NCBI GenBank assembly: GCA_963737635.1
Contig: CAVTTL010000001.1
Span: 384,001 to 448,000 of the forward strand
DNA length: 64,000 nt
From: an uncultured Methanoregulaceae archaeon
Lineage (GTDB): Archaea; Halobacteriota; Methanomicrobia; Methanomicrobiales; Methanospirillaceae
Direction: 5' to 3'
A program made the position numbers and the translations under genes. Below the pieces are notes generated by a model. The model did no database searches, was not told the origin of the DNA, and was given only the letters and a program-made list of their open reading frames with translations. Each line of letters opens with the position of its first letter. Position 1 is the first letter of the stretch. Shown one piece after another: positions 50,993 to 61,313 of the stretch.

Positions 50993-51334
50993 ATGATGGA
51001 AGCCCCCTGCCAGAAGGTTGTATGGGATGTATTCCCGGCGATCCGTGCAGCCATCGCAGTTGAGCTCGTGAAGTGTGGCGTATCCCAAGTCGAAGCAGCA
51101 CGGATGCTTGCAATTGCACCCTCTGCGGTATCCCAGTACCTCTCCGGGAAACGAGGCTACCGTATTGAATTTGAGAATGATGTAAAACAGTCGATAGAAC
51201 AACTGGCACGGGATTTAATGGATGGCAAAGATGTAAACCTTGTACAGCGCACCTGCGACATATGTCGCCAGCTCCGTGAAGGAGAAGAGTACCAGTGCGG
51301 AAGCACCTCTGAAAATAGCAGGGGCGGCAGCTGA
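50993..51334 (+). CDS. XRE-type HTH transcription regulator with Cys motifs
   Basis: PC.....P.IR, SQVEAARML.IAPSAVSQYLSGKRG and CDIC motifs. Confidence 0.85.
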   Translation: MMEAPCQKVVWDVFPAIRAAIAVELVKCGVSQVEAARMLAIAPSAVSQYLSGKRGYRIEFENDVKQSIEQLARDLMDGKDVNLVQRTCDICRQLREGEEYQCGSTSENSRGGS

Positions 51335-51370
51335 TCTTCGGTTTTTTTCGTGCATAAAGGATTTTCAGGT

Positions 51371-52195
51371 ATGGATATCCCGGTTCGTCGCAAACAACTT
51401 CTCCTGAACATAGCGGGAAGAGGGTCCATGCTCGTCGCTTTCTCTGGCGGCGTGGACAGCAGTCTGCTTGCGGTGCTTGCCAAAAAAGCACTTGGGAAGA
51501 AATCCCGGTGTGTCCTTCTCGACAGCCCGGTTGTCCCTCGGGAAGCGGTTGACGAGGCACGGTCGATTGCAGAGAAATATGACCTTGACCTTGAGATCAT
51601 TCCTGTCAATATCATGGACGACGAGCGGTTCACGCGAAATCCTGCAGAACGCTGTTTCTGGTGCAAAAAAAACTCAGCCAAGATGCTGAAACAGCGATCC
51701 CATGAACTGGGATTTGCCTGTGTTGCCGACGGTATCAATGTTTCGGATACAGGAGAGCACCGGCCCGGCCTGGCCGCGAGCACCGAAGCGGGGATTGTCC
51801 ATCCTTTCCTCGATTCAGGATTGACGAAAAGTGATATACGGGAAATTGCGCGGGCAGAGGGATTGTCATTCTGGGATAAACCCTCGGCAGCCTGTCTTTC
51901 ATCCCGCATTCCCTACGGCGATACAATCACCTGTGAAAAACTCCATATGGTCGAAGAGGCCGAGGCCTTCCTTCATAGGGAGGGGTTCAGGCAGGTAAGG
52001 GTCAGGGTTCACGGAAAAGTTGCCCGCATCGAAGTACCTAAAGAGGAGATGAATGCATTACTGAGTATGCATAATGTGGTAGCAGGTGCCTTTCGATCGC
52101 TCGGATTTTCGTACGTGACCCTCGATCTGGAAGGGTACCGGAGCGGGAGCATGGACGAAGTGCTCCCGGCTAACCACAAATCATCCTATCGATAA
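51371..52195 (+). CDS. larE: ATP-dependent sulfur transferase LarE family
   Basis: AFSGGVDS, RCFWCK, RPGL, ACLSSRIPYG and GYRSGSM motifs. Confidence 0.88.
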   Translation: MDIPVRRKQLLLNIAGRGSMLVAFSGGVDSSLLAVLAKKALGKKSRCVLLDSPVVPREAVDEARSIAEKYDLDLEIIPVNIMDDERFTRNPAERCFWCKKNSAKMLKQRSHELGFACVADGINVSDTGEHRPGLAASTEAGIVHPFLDSGLTKSDIREIARAEGLSFWDKPSAACLSSRIPYGDTITCEKLHMVEEAEAFLHREGFRQVRVRVHGKVARIEVPKEEMNALLSMHNVVAGAFRSLGFSYVTLDLEGYRSGSMDEVLPANHKSSYR

Positions 52196-52202
52196 ATGCC
52201 TG

Positions 52203-52988
52203 GTGACAAAGATGACGGTTCCGATGTTTAAGCACCTGCCCTGCATAAAGATGGATGGCGATACAGCAAAAGCCGGGACCCATGAGGTCATCGATGAAGT
52301 CCCTGAGGCCCTGTTCGTGAACGGCAGGCACGCGATGACTGCTATGATGAGCCCGGTCGGTCTTGAGGATTTTGTTACCGGCTACCTGTTTACCGAGCAG
52401 ATCATCAAGGGTGCAGATGAGATAGAGTCCATCAGGATCGAAACAAACCGTATCAGTGTCATCACAAAAAACCTTTTCAAAGTACTTGGCCCAAAAAAAA
52501 CGATTCTCTCCGGTTGCGGGGGAGCTGCATCTTTTATCGACACCGAAAAACTTCCCAAGATCACTTCGGGCGTATCTTTCACACCTGACCTGCTCCGGAC
52601 TACTACAAGGGATGTGCTCGAATCCGAACTACACAAGATCACCGGGGGGATCCATGTAGTCGGACTCGCGTCGAAAAGCGGTGTTATCTCCCGATCCGAG
52701 GATATCGGGAGGCACAATGCGCTCGACCGCGTGATTGGCTACGGCCTCAGAAACAACATCGATCTTTCTGAAACGTTTGCCATCTGCTCCGGCCGCGTAT
52801 CATCCGAGATGGTGCGCAAATGCCTTGTCGCAAATATCCCGGTCATAGTTTCACGCGGCGCAACAACGACACTTGCCGTTACTATCGGAGAGCAAACAGG
52901 AGTATGTATCGTCGGTTTTGTCCGCAGCACAAAAATGAATATTTATTCCCACCCAGAACGGGTGCTGGGCGCTCCCTCACTTCCCTAA
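52203..52988 (+). CDS. fdhD: Formate dehydrogenase accessory sulfurtransferase FdhD
   Basis: SGCG, TGGIH, EDIGRHNALD and SGRVSSEMV motifs. Confidence 0.92.
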   Translation: MTKMTVPMFKHLPCIKMDGDTAKAGTHEVIDEVPEALFVNGRHAMTAMMSPVGLEDFVTGYLFTEQIIKGADEIESIRIETNRISVITKNLFKVLGPKKTILSGCGGAASFIDTEKLPKITSGVSFTPDLLRTTTRDVLESELHKITGGIHVVGLASKSGVISRSEDIGRHNALDRVIGYGLRNNIDLSETFAICSGRVSSEMVRKCLVANIPVIVSRGATTTLAVTIGEQTGVCIVGFVRSTKMNIYSHPERVLGAPSLP

Positions 52989-53987
52989 TGAGTGCCGGAG
53001 CCGGCAGATCTGGCAGATATTGCCTGAGCAAGGGTCCCCGCATTCCTGGCAGCGGTGCAGGGGTTCCATGACCGGCGTTCCCGCACAATACCGTTCGATA
53101 CTCTTTTTACTCTGTGCGAGGTGCTGCATCGTCCCGGGATGCAGGCACTCCAGCCCCGTGAGCATTGTTCGTACTTCAGCCCGTAATGCGTATTTCGTAT
53201 ATGGGCATTCCGGTAGTACAGAGAAGAGACCCCGCACAAACAGGTAAGCCGCGATCTCCTTTTCCGTGACGGCAGCAAGGGGTTTTATCCGGGGGAGGAA
53301 AAGGGCCGACTTTCCGGTCCCCGTATTGCGGATGAGCCGTGGGAGATCCCCCCGCAGGGCGTTCATCAGCACCGACTGGGCCTCATCATCGAGATTGTGG
53401 CCGGTCGCGATCACGGTTGCCCCGGCATCACGGGCTGCATCAGCGAGTGCTTTTTTACGCAAAATGCCACAGATCGTACAGGCCTGTTCCTCACGTCCTG
53501 AAAGCAGGGTATCGAGGTCGTCACCGATAAGGTCACGGAACGAGACGATGTGATGATCCACTCCGAGCTGTTTGGTCAGTGCTTTTGCAGCCTGAAGCGT
53601 AGCGGCGCGGTACCCGGCAATGCCCTCGTCAACGGTGATGGCGACGAGATCTGCCCCTGGCCACGCACGCAACAGCCGGGAAAGGAGGAGGAGGAGCGCG
53701 GTACTGTCCTTTCCCCCGCTTAATGCCACAGCCACCCGGTCACCCGCGTGGATCTGTCCAGCCTCATCTATGGCTGATGCAACCCGTGTTTCTATCTCAT
53801 AAACAAGATGTGTACCGCAAAGGTGACGATGGTCGGCCGGCTGGTATATCACCGCCGGTTCACTGCAACAGGAGCAGACCGGAACATCGCTATGCGCGGC
53901 AGGAGGTGCCAACGATCTAGCCCCCATGCGCGATCCGGATGACCCAGATCTCATCGTCCCCGTTGATTGCTGCCTGCTCCGGAACAA
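52977..53987 (-). CDS. TtuA/Ncs6-type tRNA thiolation protein (TIGR00269); start uncertain
   Basis: C..C...C..H, SGGKDS, CTICG, TGHNLDD, CPY and C-terminal zinc finger. Confidence 0.88.
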   Translation of the reverse strand: MFRSRQQSTGTMRSGSSGSRMGARSLAPPAAHSDVPVCSCCSEPAVIYQPADHRHLCGTHLVYEIETRVASAIDEAGQIHAGDRVAVALSGGKDSTALLLLLSRLLRAWPGADLVAITVDEGIAGYRAATLQAAKALTKQLGVDHHIVSFRDLIGDDLDTLLSGREEQACTICGILRKKALADAARDAGATVIATGHNLDDEAQSVLMNALRGDLPRLIRNTGTGKSALFLPRIKPLAAVTEKEIAAYLFVRGLFSVLPECPYTKYALRAEVRTMLTGLECLHPGTMQHLAQSKKSIERYCAGTPVMEPLHRCQECGDPCSGNICQICRLRHSLGK

Positions 53988-54111
53988 GTGTCCCGTTCCG
54001 GGACACCATTACTTCCAGGGGATTTATTCCGAGCTCGTTCAGGAGTGCCGCGACTGTACCGGGGCTATGCTCCATCACACGGATGCTCTGGTCCGGCAGA
54101 ATAATCTTCAT
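53917..54111 (-). CDS. ThiS/SAMP2-like sulfur carrier
   Basis: MKIILPD...NGTLVPE...RIAHGG with C-terminal GG; upstream of the ttuA-like gene. Confidence 0.8.
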   Translation of the reverse strand: MKIILPDQSIRVMEHSPGTVAALLNELGINPLEVMVSRNGTLVPEQAAINGDDEIWVIRIAHGG

Positions 54112-54231
54112 ATCGTCGAAAGAATATAGGAATCCCGGGTGCATAAACATCCCGGTACTGCTGTTTTCCGCCAGCGACTTTTTGATGCACCGCGACACAC
54201 TACTAGGATACAACCCCACGAGCGTTTGCCG

Positions 54232-55139
54232 ATGCAGGACATAGCTATGCTGCAGAACGAGATCCTGCAGCTCAAGAAGAAAAAGAACGCGATCATCCTC
54301 GCACATAACTACCAGCGTGCCGAGGTCCAAGATATCGCTGACGTAACCGGGGATTCACTGGAACTGGCGCGTGCTGCGGCGGCGATGAACGGTGACATTA
54401 TTGTTTTCTGCGGAGTCGATTTCATGGCAGAAACCGCCGCCATTCTCGCCCCGGAAAAAACGGTTCTGTTACCTGCTCCGGATGCCTGCTGTCCCATGGC
54501 GGGCATGGTTACCGCGGCAGAGTCAGGTTCGCCCGTGCCCGCCACCCTGATGCCGCAGTTGTCTGTTACGTAAATACCACTGCTGACGTCAAAGCAGAAA
54601 GCGATATATGCTGTACCTCAGCAAACGCGGTGAACGTGGTAAATGCAGTACAGGATGATACGGTAATTTTTGTCCCGGATAAAAACCTCGGGCAATACGT
54701 GGCGCGGTTCACCAAAAAGACGGTTCTTTCCTGGGAAGGGTTCTGTCTGGTTCATGACCGCTATACCCCTGCTGATGTGGCGATTGCGAAACAGGCGCAC
54801 CCGGACGCTGCCGTGCTCGTCCATCCGGAGTGCCGGCCCGAGATTATCGATCTTGCCGATCAGGTTGCAAGCACTTCGGGGATTGTCCGACACGTCAAAT
54901 CTGCATCCGGAAGTGAGTTTATTATTGGCACGGAAATCGGAATCCTTCACCGGCTTGCAAAAGAGTGCCCGGACAAACGATGTTACCCACTCTCGGAAAA
55001 AGCCGTCTGCGTGAACATGAAAAAAACCACTCTTGCACATGTCCGGGACGCGCTGGTAACGACCAGACCCGTGATCACGGTACCGGATGAGACTGCGGCC
55101 CGTGCCCGCAATGCCATCGAACGCATGCTCACGCTCTGA
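54232..55139 (+). CDS. nadA: Quinolinate synthase (frameshift near 54522)
   Basis: AHNYQ, GDSLEL and FCGVDFMAE in the 5' part; YVNT, CTSANA, HPEC and C.NMK in the 3' part. Confidence 0.9.
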
Positions 55140-55268
55140 TAAATATCCGTCCGATGTATAGAATTATTATTTCATAGCCTGCATAGGATTCATGCGGCTA
55201 AAACCTGTACCGCTTGAAACCACTGGAGAGTGGTTTTACAAATATATGCGGCTAAAGGAGAGGATTAC

Positions 55269-56133
55269 GATGTCCGACAACGAAGAAGACATTCATATAA
55301 TAGAGGCAGTAGGACGATCAAAGATTGTTATAAAAAATGGGAATGTGGCTGAAGTTTCCGTCTCACGGCTCCGCCAGTGCCCGCTCGCAAAAAAGTTCGC
55401 CCGACCTATTAATGAAATTACACCGGAAGAGGTCAAGGCCAACATCGAACACCGGATGGATTCGTGGGGTATGTGCCGGCCGAACCGGAAGGTGACCGGG
55501 ACCGTGGACTTCGTCGGGTTTGGCGCGTCCGAATTGATCAGCTCCGGCATTCTCGATGGAAGTCTCAACGCGGCGGTGCTCGCGTGTGACGGTGCTGGAA
55601 CCGTGATTGTAACGACCCCGGAGATGGTGCAGGGAATCGGCGGCAGAATGTCAGGACTCGTGAGTACATCACCGCACCCGGATGAGATGGACCGGATCGA
55701 GCAGACCGGGGGTATGGTCCTCGATAGGGCCAAAGCAACCATAGATCCGGTTTTGGGGGTTGCCCGGGCGTATGAGAAAGGTTTTACTCATGTAGCTGTT
55801 ACAGTGGCATCGGCAGATACTGCCGTCGCAATCCGGACGAAATTTCCGGATGCATTCATCTTTGGAGTACACATGAGTGGCATCACTGAAGCGGATGCCG
55901 ATACCATTGTCAGAGTCGCAGATATCGTGACAGCATGTGCCTCGAAATGGATCTGGCAGATCGCCGGGGCCAGAGCACTTCTTCAGGCAGGCACCGCAGT
56001 CCCGGTCTTTGCACTCACCAAACGGGGCAGGCAGCTCATCCTCAACAAGATCGCCCGGTCGGACCGGCCAGTGCTTGTATCAGGGTCAAAACTTCCGGTT
56101 TATGGCCCGGAACTTCCCGATCCCCTGCTGTAA
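55269..56133 (+). CDS. Methanogenesis marker protein 8 (DUF2099)
   Basis: CPL, FGASE, ACDGAGTV, QGIGGRMSGL and ACASK motifs. Confidence 0.8.
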
Positions 56134-56150
56134 AAAGTCAGAAAGGAATC

Positions 56151-57307
56151 TCAACAGGATCTTCTTTTTCCCGTCTGTCTTCGAACTATCGTTTGCGAAA
56201 AAGCACCCATGAACCGGTCCCGGATCTGTTCCGGGGACAGGGGAATATTGGGGACATCACTGTTGCCGGGACAGATACGGGTATGTATGAATGATGGGCC
56301 CTTACCCACCGCATCGACCAGTGCCGTCTCGAGCTCGCACGCCTCGTGCACAGTTACCGACTGTGTGAAACCCGCACCAAGCGCCATAAGTGCAAGGTCT
56401 GCGGTGTCCTGCCCGGGTCGGGGCTGGTTACCGGTGCTGCCAAAGACACCGTTGTCAAGGGCGACAACAGTGAGGTTTGCAGGTGCTGCCGCTGCTATCA
56501 CCGGAAGGATTGCAGAACCGAGCAGGCTGCCGTCACCATCGATCACGATCACTCTTTTGTCCGGCCGCGCCGTTGCAATGCCGAGCCCGATCGCAGAGGC
56601 CTGCGTGTAACTACCCAGCATGTAGAAGTTCTCCGGCAGTCCCGGGTCGCATAAAGCTCTTTTGACGGGACGCCTATGTTTGCGACTAAGACTTCATCAT
56701 GTATTGTTCCCGCAATGGCCCGGATCGCTTCCAACCGGCTCATCACGGGAGTACGCCATTTTCGTTCGTAGCAGATTGAAAATGGCCGGGAAGGAACAGG
56801 CAGACACTGTACACTGCAGTTGGTCTCTTCAAGGCATTCCGGCCGTATGAGAATAACGTGCGGAGTTCGATTTTTGTATGCCTCGGCGACGGCATCTCCG
56901 ATCTCAAGCTGCGAATCAGGCCCGGAAACGTCTGTCCAAGGGATACCTGCTGCGGAAAGAATGGCCGGAAGAGGGCGGTTGAACGGGATCTGGGCAGGAA
57001 TCTTTTCCCCTTCGCACCCCCGCCAGCTTGCAAGAATCGGAAGCGGCAGGCCAAAGGTCACCGAAAGGGAAAGAATCGCGTTGAGCATGTTTCCAAGACC
57101 CGAGCTCTGGAGGGCGACCGCCGGGCGGGAACCGGCAAGGTACACACCGGCGGATATGCCAACGCCGTCCTCTTCCCGGGCCAGGCCGATATGCCGGAAG
57201 TTTTGAGGCAACTTAAAAAAAAGCCCTTTCGCCCGGTCACAGGGAACCGAGCTGATAATATCGATCCTCTGTCTTTTTAGTTCGCTGATAATCTGATCTT
57301 CATCCAT
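56151..57307 (-). CDS. comDE: Sulfopyruvate decarboxylase, fused ComDE (frameshift near 56636)
   Basis: ComD motifs SVPC, REEDGVG and QSSGLGN; ComE motifs NIG.PSKEL, NFYMLGS, DGDGSLL and DNG..GSTG.Q. Confidence 0.88.
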
Positions 57308-58571
57308 AGTGCGAAATCCACTCTTTGAGTTCTGCCTTGATATCGTCGCAAAGCCCGGGTGTGGTCACTGCAGACGATTTGATCGGGAAGAGGGAATAAT
57401 CTTCCCGGACCCTCTCGTATCCACCACCGGTAATGTTGAGGAGGATATAATCATTCGCCCCTATAGCCCCGGTCTCTGTTGAGTGCATAAGTGCGGCCAG
57501 AGCAATCGCTGCCGCAGGGTCAGGATCGATTTCCACAGTATCCCGGATAAGCTGTGACGCTTTCTTTCCCTCTTCATTTGATACTGAGTACATACAGCCA
57601 TCTGTTGCCTGCAACGCGTCAAAGAGCCCGCCCGCAATTCCATAGGGAGGCGTTCGGTTGGTAAGGACCGGGGACATGACTGCATGTATGGCGTTGGACA
57701 TATCTGGCATATCAAGATCCGGGTCGATTGTCCGCCTTCCCTGCTGCCATGCCGAGACCATCGGTGTAAACGGTTTATTCTGGGCGAGATGGAGGCGGGG
57801 AAGCGATGCACCGTACCTGCTATCTTCGATAAGCCGGAGAGCTGCCTCCCACGCAGCAATAGCCCCCGTTCCGCTGCCAACCGCTTGGAAATAATGATCG
57901 GGAATTCTGCCAAGGGTGACTGCTGCATCGAGCATCACCGTTCCCATACCGTCCCTGCGGGCGACGTTCTTTGCTCCACCTTCGGGTACGCATCCGGGAA
58001 CACAAGCAAGTGCGTTGCTCACCGTAATCGCATCTGTGTAATCTCCATCGACGGCAACAAGGAATATATCATGCGCAGGAGTCGTTGTCCAGAGACGCGA
58101 GACTGCATCCTTGGGCACAACAATAACCACGGGTTTTTTGTACTGCGCTGATAGCCCGGCAAAAGCCCGGCCGGTGTTTCCGGCAGAGGCGATCACCGGG
58201 ACCTGTTTTCCTAATTCCCAGAGCCGTTGCAGGGTGGGCAGGGCTTCGAGTTCCTTGAACGAACCGGTCGTTAGGAATGCCTCATGTTCAGGGCAGTACC
58301 CGGAAAATGAGATGGCAAGCCGGGAAAGGCCAGTCTCCCGGGAAAGCGCGGTACTGGTAAACGTCACCGGGCCTCCCGAGGGAAGAAGGGGGTGCGTCAC
58401 CGGCAGCCAGCAGAGATACCGGAAGATTCCACGGTGAGGTGCAAGATTTAACCTTCGGCCGCTGTACTCAGTGCGAAGCAGGGAATTGTGGCGGGCAGGG
58501 CACGATAGGGAGGTCGTATCAGGAACGATCTCTCCACCGCCGATGCACCGGATTCGGTACTTGGGAATCAT
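57300..58571 (-). CDS. Cysteate synthase (threonine synthase-like, PLP)
   Basis: TGSFKELEA, ASAGNTGRAF, EGGAKNVARRDG and QAVGSGTG motifs; adjacent to comDE. Confidence 0.9.
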   Translation of the reverse strand: MIPKYRIRCIGGGEIVPDTTSLSCPARHNSLLRTEYSGRRLNLAPHRGIFRYLCWLPVTHPLLPSGGPVTFTSTALSRETGLSRLAISFSGYCPEHEAFLTTGSFKELEALPTLQRLWELGKQVPVIASAGNTGRAFAGLSAQYKKPVVIVVPKDAVSRLWTTTPAHDIFLVAVDGDYTDAITVSNALACVPGCVPEGGAKNVARRDGMGTVMLDAAVTLGRIPDHYFQAVGSGTGAIAAWEAALRLIEDSRYGASLPRLHLAQNKPFTPMVSAWQQGRRTIDPDLDMPDMSNAIHAVMSPVLTNRTPPYGIAGGLFDALQATDGCMYSVSNEEGKKASQLIRDTVEIDPDPAAAIALAALMHSTETGAIGANDYILLNITGGGYERVREDYSLFPIKSSAVTTPGLCDDIKAELKEWISHYG

Positions 58572-58581
58572 GCATCTCCAC

Positions 58582-59196
58582 TTATAGGATACGAATATCC
58601 TCTACTCTCACATGCACCCCGTCTTTTTTCTTCAGGACCATGTTAACAAGAGCGGTATGGGCCAGATCGATCATGCAGTACCCCGGCAGGAACCTCTGCC
58701 GAAGGCCCAGAGTCGGAGGACGGAGAACTGTCTCAGCAATACCCTCGAATGCATGAACATGGTAGGCCTGCACATCAAACCCCTTCTCCTTCCTTGCTGC
58801 GAGGGGGCCCACCGTGTGGCACTCAAGTACGCCGGTAACGGGATTTGCGGAGAGAACACGAAGTGCGTGGTAGAGCGGGCAGCCGGGTCCGGCAGGACGT
58901 CCTGTAACAAGCGCGCCCGGCTTGATGTCCCACTTCTCCACGAGATCTGCCCGGAATGGAACGATGAACTTGCGCGCAGAAGGTTCCCCGGGGAACGCCC
59001 GTATAATAAAGTCATATTTAGCCCCGGTCACATCGGTGCCGGAATAATGAGATAAATTAGGTGGGGTGCACCGTTCCGTAGCATGGAACGGGCAGTCAAT
59101 TTCTGCCTTTTTCCCCTTTTTTACGGCTTCTACAAAATCCTCACAGGTTGATAGGCCACACGAACCGCAATTGTTGCCGGGGGGAACCCATGCCAT
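58582..59196 (-). CDS. Putative Fe-S cluster-binding protein
   Basis: PGNNCGSCG...C...CP N-terminal FeS domain; GRPAGPGCP. Confidence 0.75.
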   Translation of the reverse strand: MAWVPPGNNCGSCGLSTCEDFVEAVKKGKKAEIDCPFHATERCTPPNLSHYSGTDVTGAKYDFIIRAFPGEPSARKFIVPFRADLVEKWDIKPGALVTGRPAGPGCPLYHALRVLSANPVTGVLECHTVGPLAARKEKGFDVQAYHVHAFEGIAETVLRPPTLGLRQRFLPGYCMIDLAHTALVNMVLKKKDGVHVRVEDIRIL

Positions 59197-59200
59197 AGGT

Positions 59201-59908
59201 TCAGTCCCCCCGGTAAATATTGTCAGCCTCCTCCAGCGGCCGGATTACGCCGAAGTGGTGCTGCCACCCAATGTCTTTCTTGCCGATACAGATAGTGCAG
59301 ACCCCAAGGGGCGGCGTTCCCCGCAGCGAAATGGTCTCCGCATCACTGATCCCGGGGTATTTGTTGATAGCCTGAAGGAGGTAACGGAGTCCAGTACCCT
59401 GCACTGCATTGGTCTCAATGATATCGATATTCGGGACTACGCTCCTGATGCATTCCCTGAACACCTCTTTTTCAGCCTGTGATACTAGATCGGTTTTAGT
59501 GACAACCGCTGCATCGGCAAGGGCGATTAACGGCGCCATCTTGAGGGGCGAGTTACTCCCGGAGACTGCGGGAAGCACAGCGATACCGAATGCCTGGGTC
59601 GTGTACGGGGTGCACCTGAGGCAGAGCCCAGCACTCTCGATAATAAGCATACCTGCCTTAAGCCCCTCCGCCCATGTAATTGCATCCCTGAGTACCATGA
59701 TGCCCATGTGATCGGGGCACAGATCACCGGAATAGACCTTCCGGGTTGGGATGCCGAATTCCTCGTGGAGTTCCTCGTCCTCGAATGCCTTCACGACGTC
59801 GATCTTCAGGTATGCGGGTTTATCGGTCTTGGAAAACTTCTTTATTATCTGGCGGACAACGGCAGTCTTGCCGGCGCTTGGCGGACCGGCGACAATGACA
59901 AGCTTCAT
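59201..59908 (-). CDS. CobW/HypB/UreG-like GTPase
   Basis: GPPSAGKT, LCPDH, ESAGLCLRC and TKTD motifs. Confidence 0.8.
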   Translation of the reverse strand: MKLVIVAGPPSAGKTAVVRQIIKKFSKTDKPAYLKIDVVKAFEDEELHEEFGIPTRKVYSGDLCPDHMGIMVLRDAITWAEGLKAGMLIIESAGLCLRCTPYTTQAFGIAVLPAVSGSNSPLKMAPLIALADAAVVTKTDLVSQAEKEVFRECIRSVVPNIDIIETNAVQGTGLRYLLQAINKYPGISDAETISLRGTPPLGVCTICIGKKDIGWQHHFGVIRPLEEADNIYRGD

Positions 59909-60718
59909 GCCGGCACCCTAGCCTTTTTGTGAGTGGCTGGTGTCTCGGCCGGATCGCTGACAAGCTCCCCGGCGCGAATTTTTTCCCGGAGATCCCAGAG
60001 GAACGCATCAATACCTGTGACAGTCTCAATGATAGCGCTTTCCTGATCTCCCGGTTCGAGCACGCCATCCACAGCCCCGTTTTTCATTACGATCCGCCGG
60101 TCGGTGATGAGCGCAAGGTAGGGATCGTGTGTGACGAAGATCACGGCTTTTTTGTATTCCCGCAGGCATGAGATGACCCGTCCCTTATTGATGCCGGCGT
60201 TTTCCACTTCATCGAGAAGGAGGATCGGCGTCTGCCCGATCAGGATCGCATCGGCGATAAGAAGCGACCGGGTTTGGCCGCCCGATAGCGCGGTCATACG
60301 CATGGATTCAGAAATCTTCTCACCAGTAAACTCATTTGCGAGGCTCAGTTGTGCGGGCGATCAGGCACTGCGCCCCGTTATCCCGAGCCTGTATATGAAG
60401 AGCGAGGAATCGGCTGACCGTGAGATCGGCGATGACCCGGGTGTTCTGGGTGATCAGAGCGATGGGTTTTTTTGCCGGGTCGCGTACAAGGTCTTCTGAG
60501 GGCTCCTCGCCATTCACAAGAATGCTTCGTCCTGTGACTGTGTCGTCCTGCGCAAGGACTTCGATATCATTGATAAACGCAGACTTTCCTGAACCGGTCG
60601 GCCCAACGATCGAGAGGGTGTCGCCCGGGCGGATCACGATCCGGTTAAAGCCTTCCTTTTCCCCGTCCCTGTTGGTGCCAGGGAGTATTGTCAGCTCGTA
60701 TGCCTGCTCGCTGTACAT
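59905..60718 (-). CDS. Soluble ABC-type ATPase (frameshift near 60342)
   Basis: GPTGSGKS in the 5' ORF; LSGGQ, LLLDE and VTHD in the 3' ORF. Confidence 0.8.
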
Positions 60719-60821
60719 CGCAGAATTATCGGTCGGCCGATTCAAATATCTTTCCAATTTTACATTAAAATTATCCTCATAGTAATAATTATAATCTTAA
60801 AAACACCACATAAAGGATAAT

Positions 60822-61310
60822 ATGTTCTCAAAAAGGATCTTTGAGACTGATTTCACTTCCGCATTAAACGAGGAGCTGGAGCGAAAGAACATGACGGTAA
60901 AGGAGCTCGCGGAACAGACTGGTATCCCGGTCTCAACGCTGTACAAGGTCACGCTTGGCGAGCGTGACCCACGGCTCTCGACAGTCAAAAAGATCGTCTC
61001 TGCCCTTGAACCGGAACGTCACCGGTTTATTGCGGTGATCGCGGCAAAATTTCTGCTCGATTCCGTTCCGACCCGCGAGGTAGAGTCCGCAGGGCAGACA
61101 TTTGCCATCAAGGGGTACTCCGCCCACTCCCTCGATGAATGCATTGTCGCCGCTGCCCGGGCAGAAAAGGACGGGGCATCGGGGATCGTCTGCGCGCCTA
61201 TACTCGCAACGATCGTGGAGAAGATCGTAGATGTGCCAGTCGGGATGCTCCGCCCCGAACTTTCCTGCGTGGACGAGGCGATCAGCAGCGTGCTCAAAAA
61301 GGTCGGATAA
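60822..61310 (+). CDS. XRE-family HTH transcription regulator
   Basis: MTVKELAEQTGIPVSTLYK...RDPR HTH; C-terminal VCAPI domain. Confidence 0.85.
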   Translation: MFSKRIFETDFTSALNEELERKNMTVKELAEQTGIPVSTLYKVTLGERDPRLSTVKKIVSALEPERHRFIAVIAAKFLLDSVPTREVESAGQTFAIKGYSAHSLDECIVAAARAEKDGASGIVCAPILATIVEKIVDVPVGMLRPELSCVDEAISSVLKKVG

Positions 61311-61313
61311 ACC

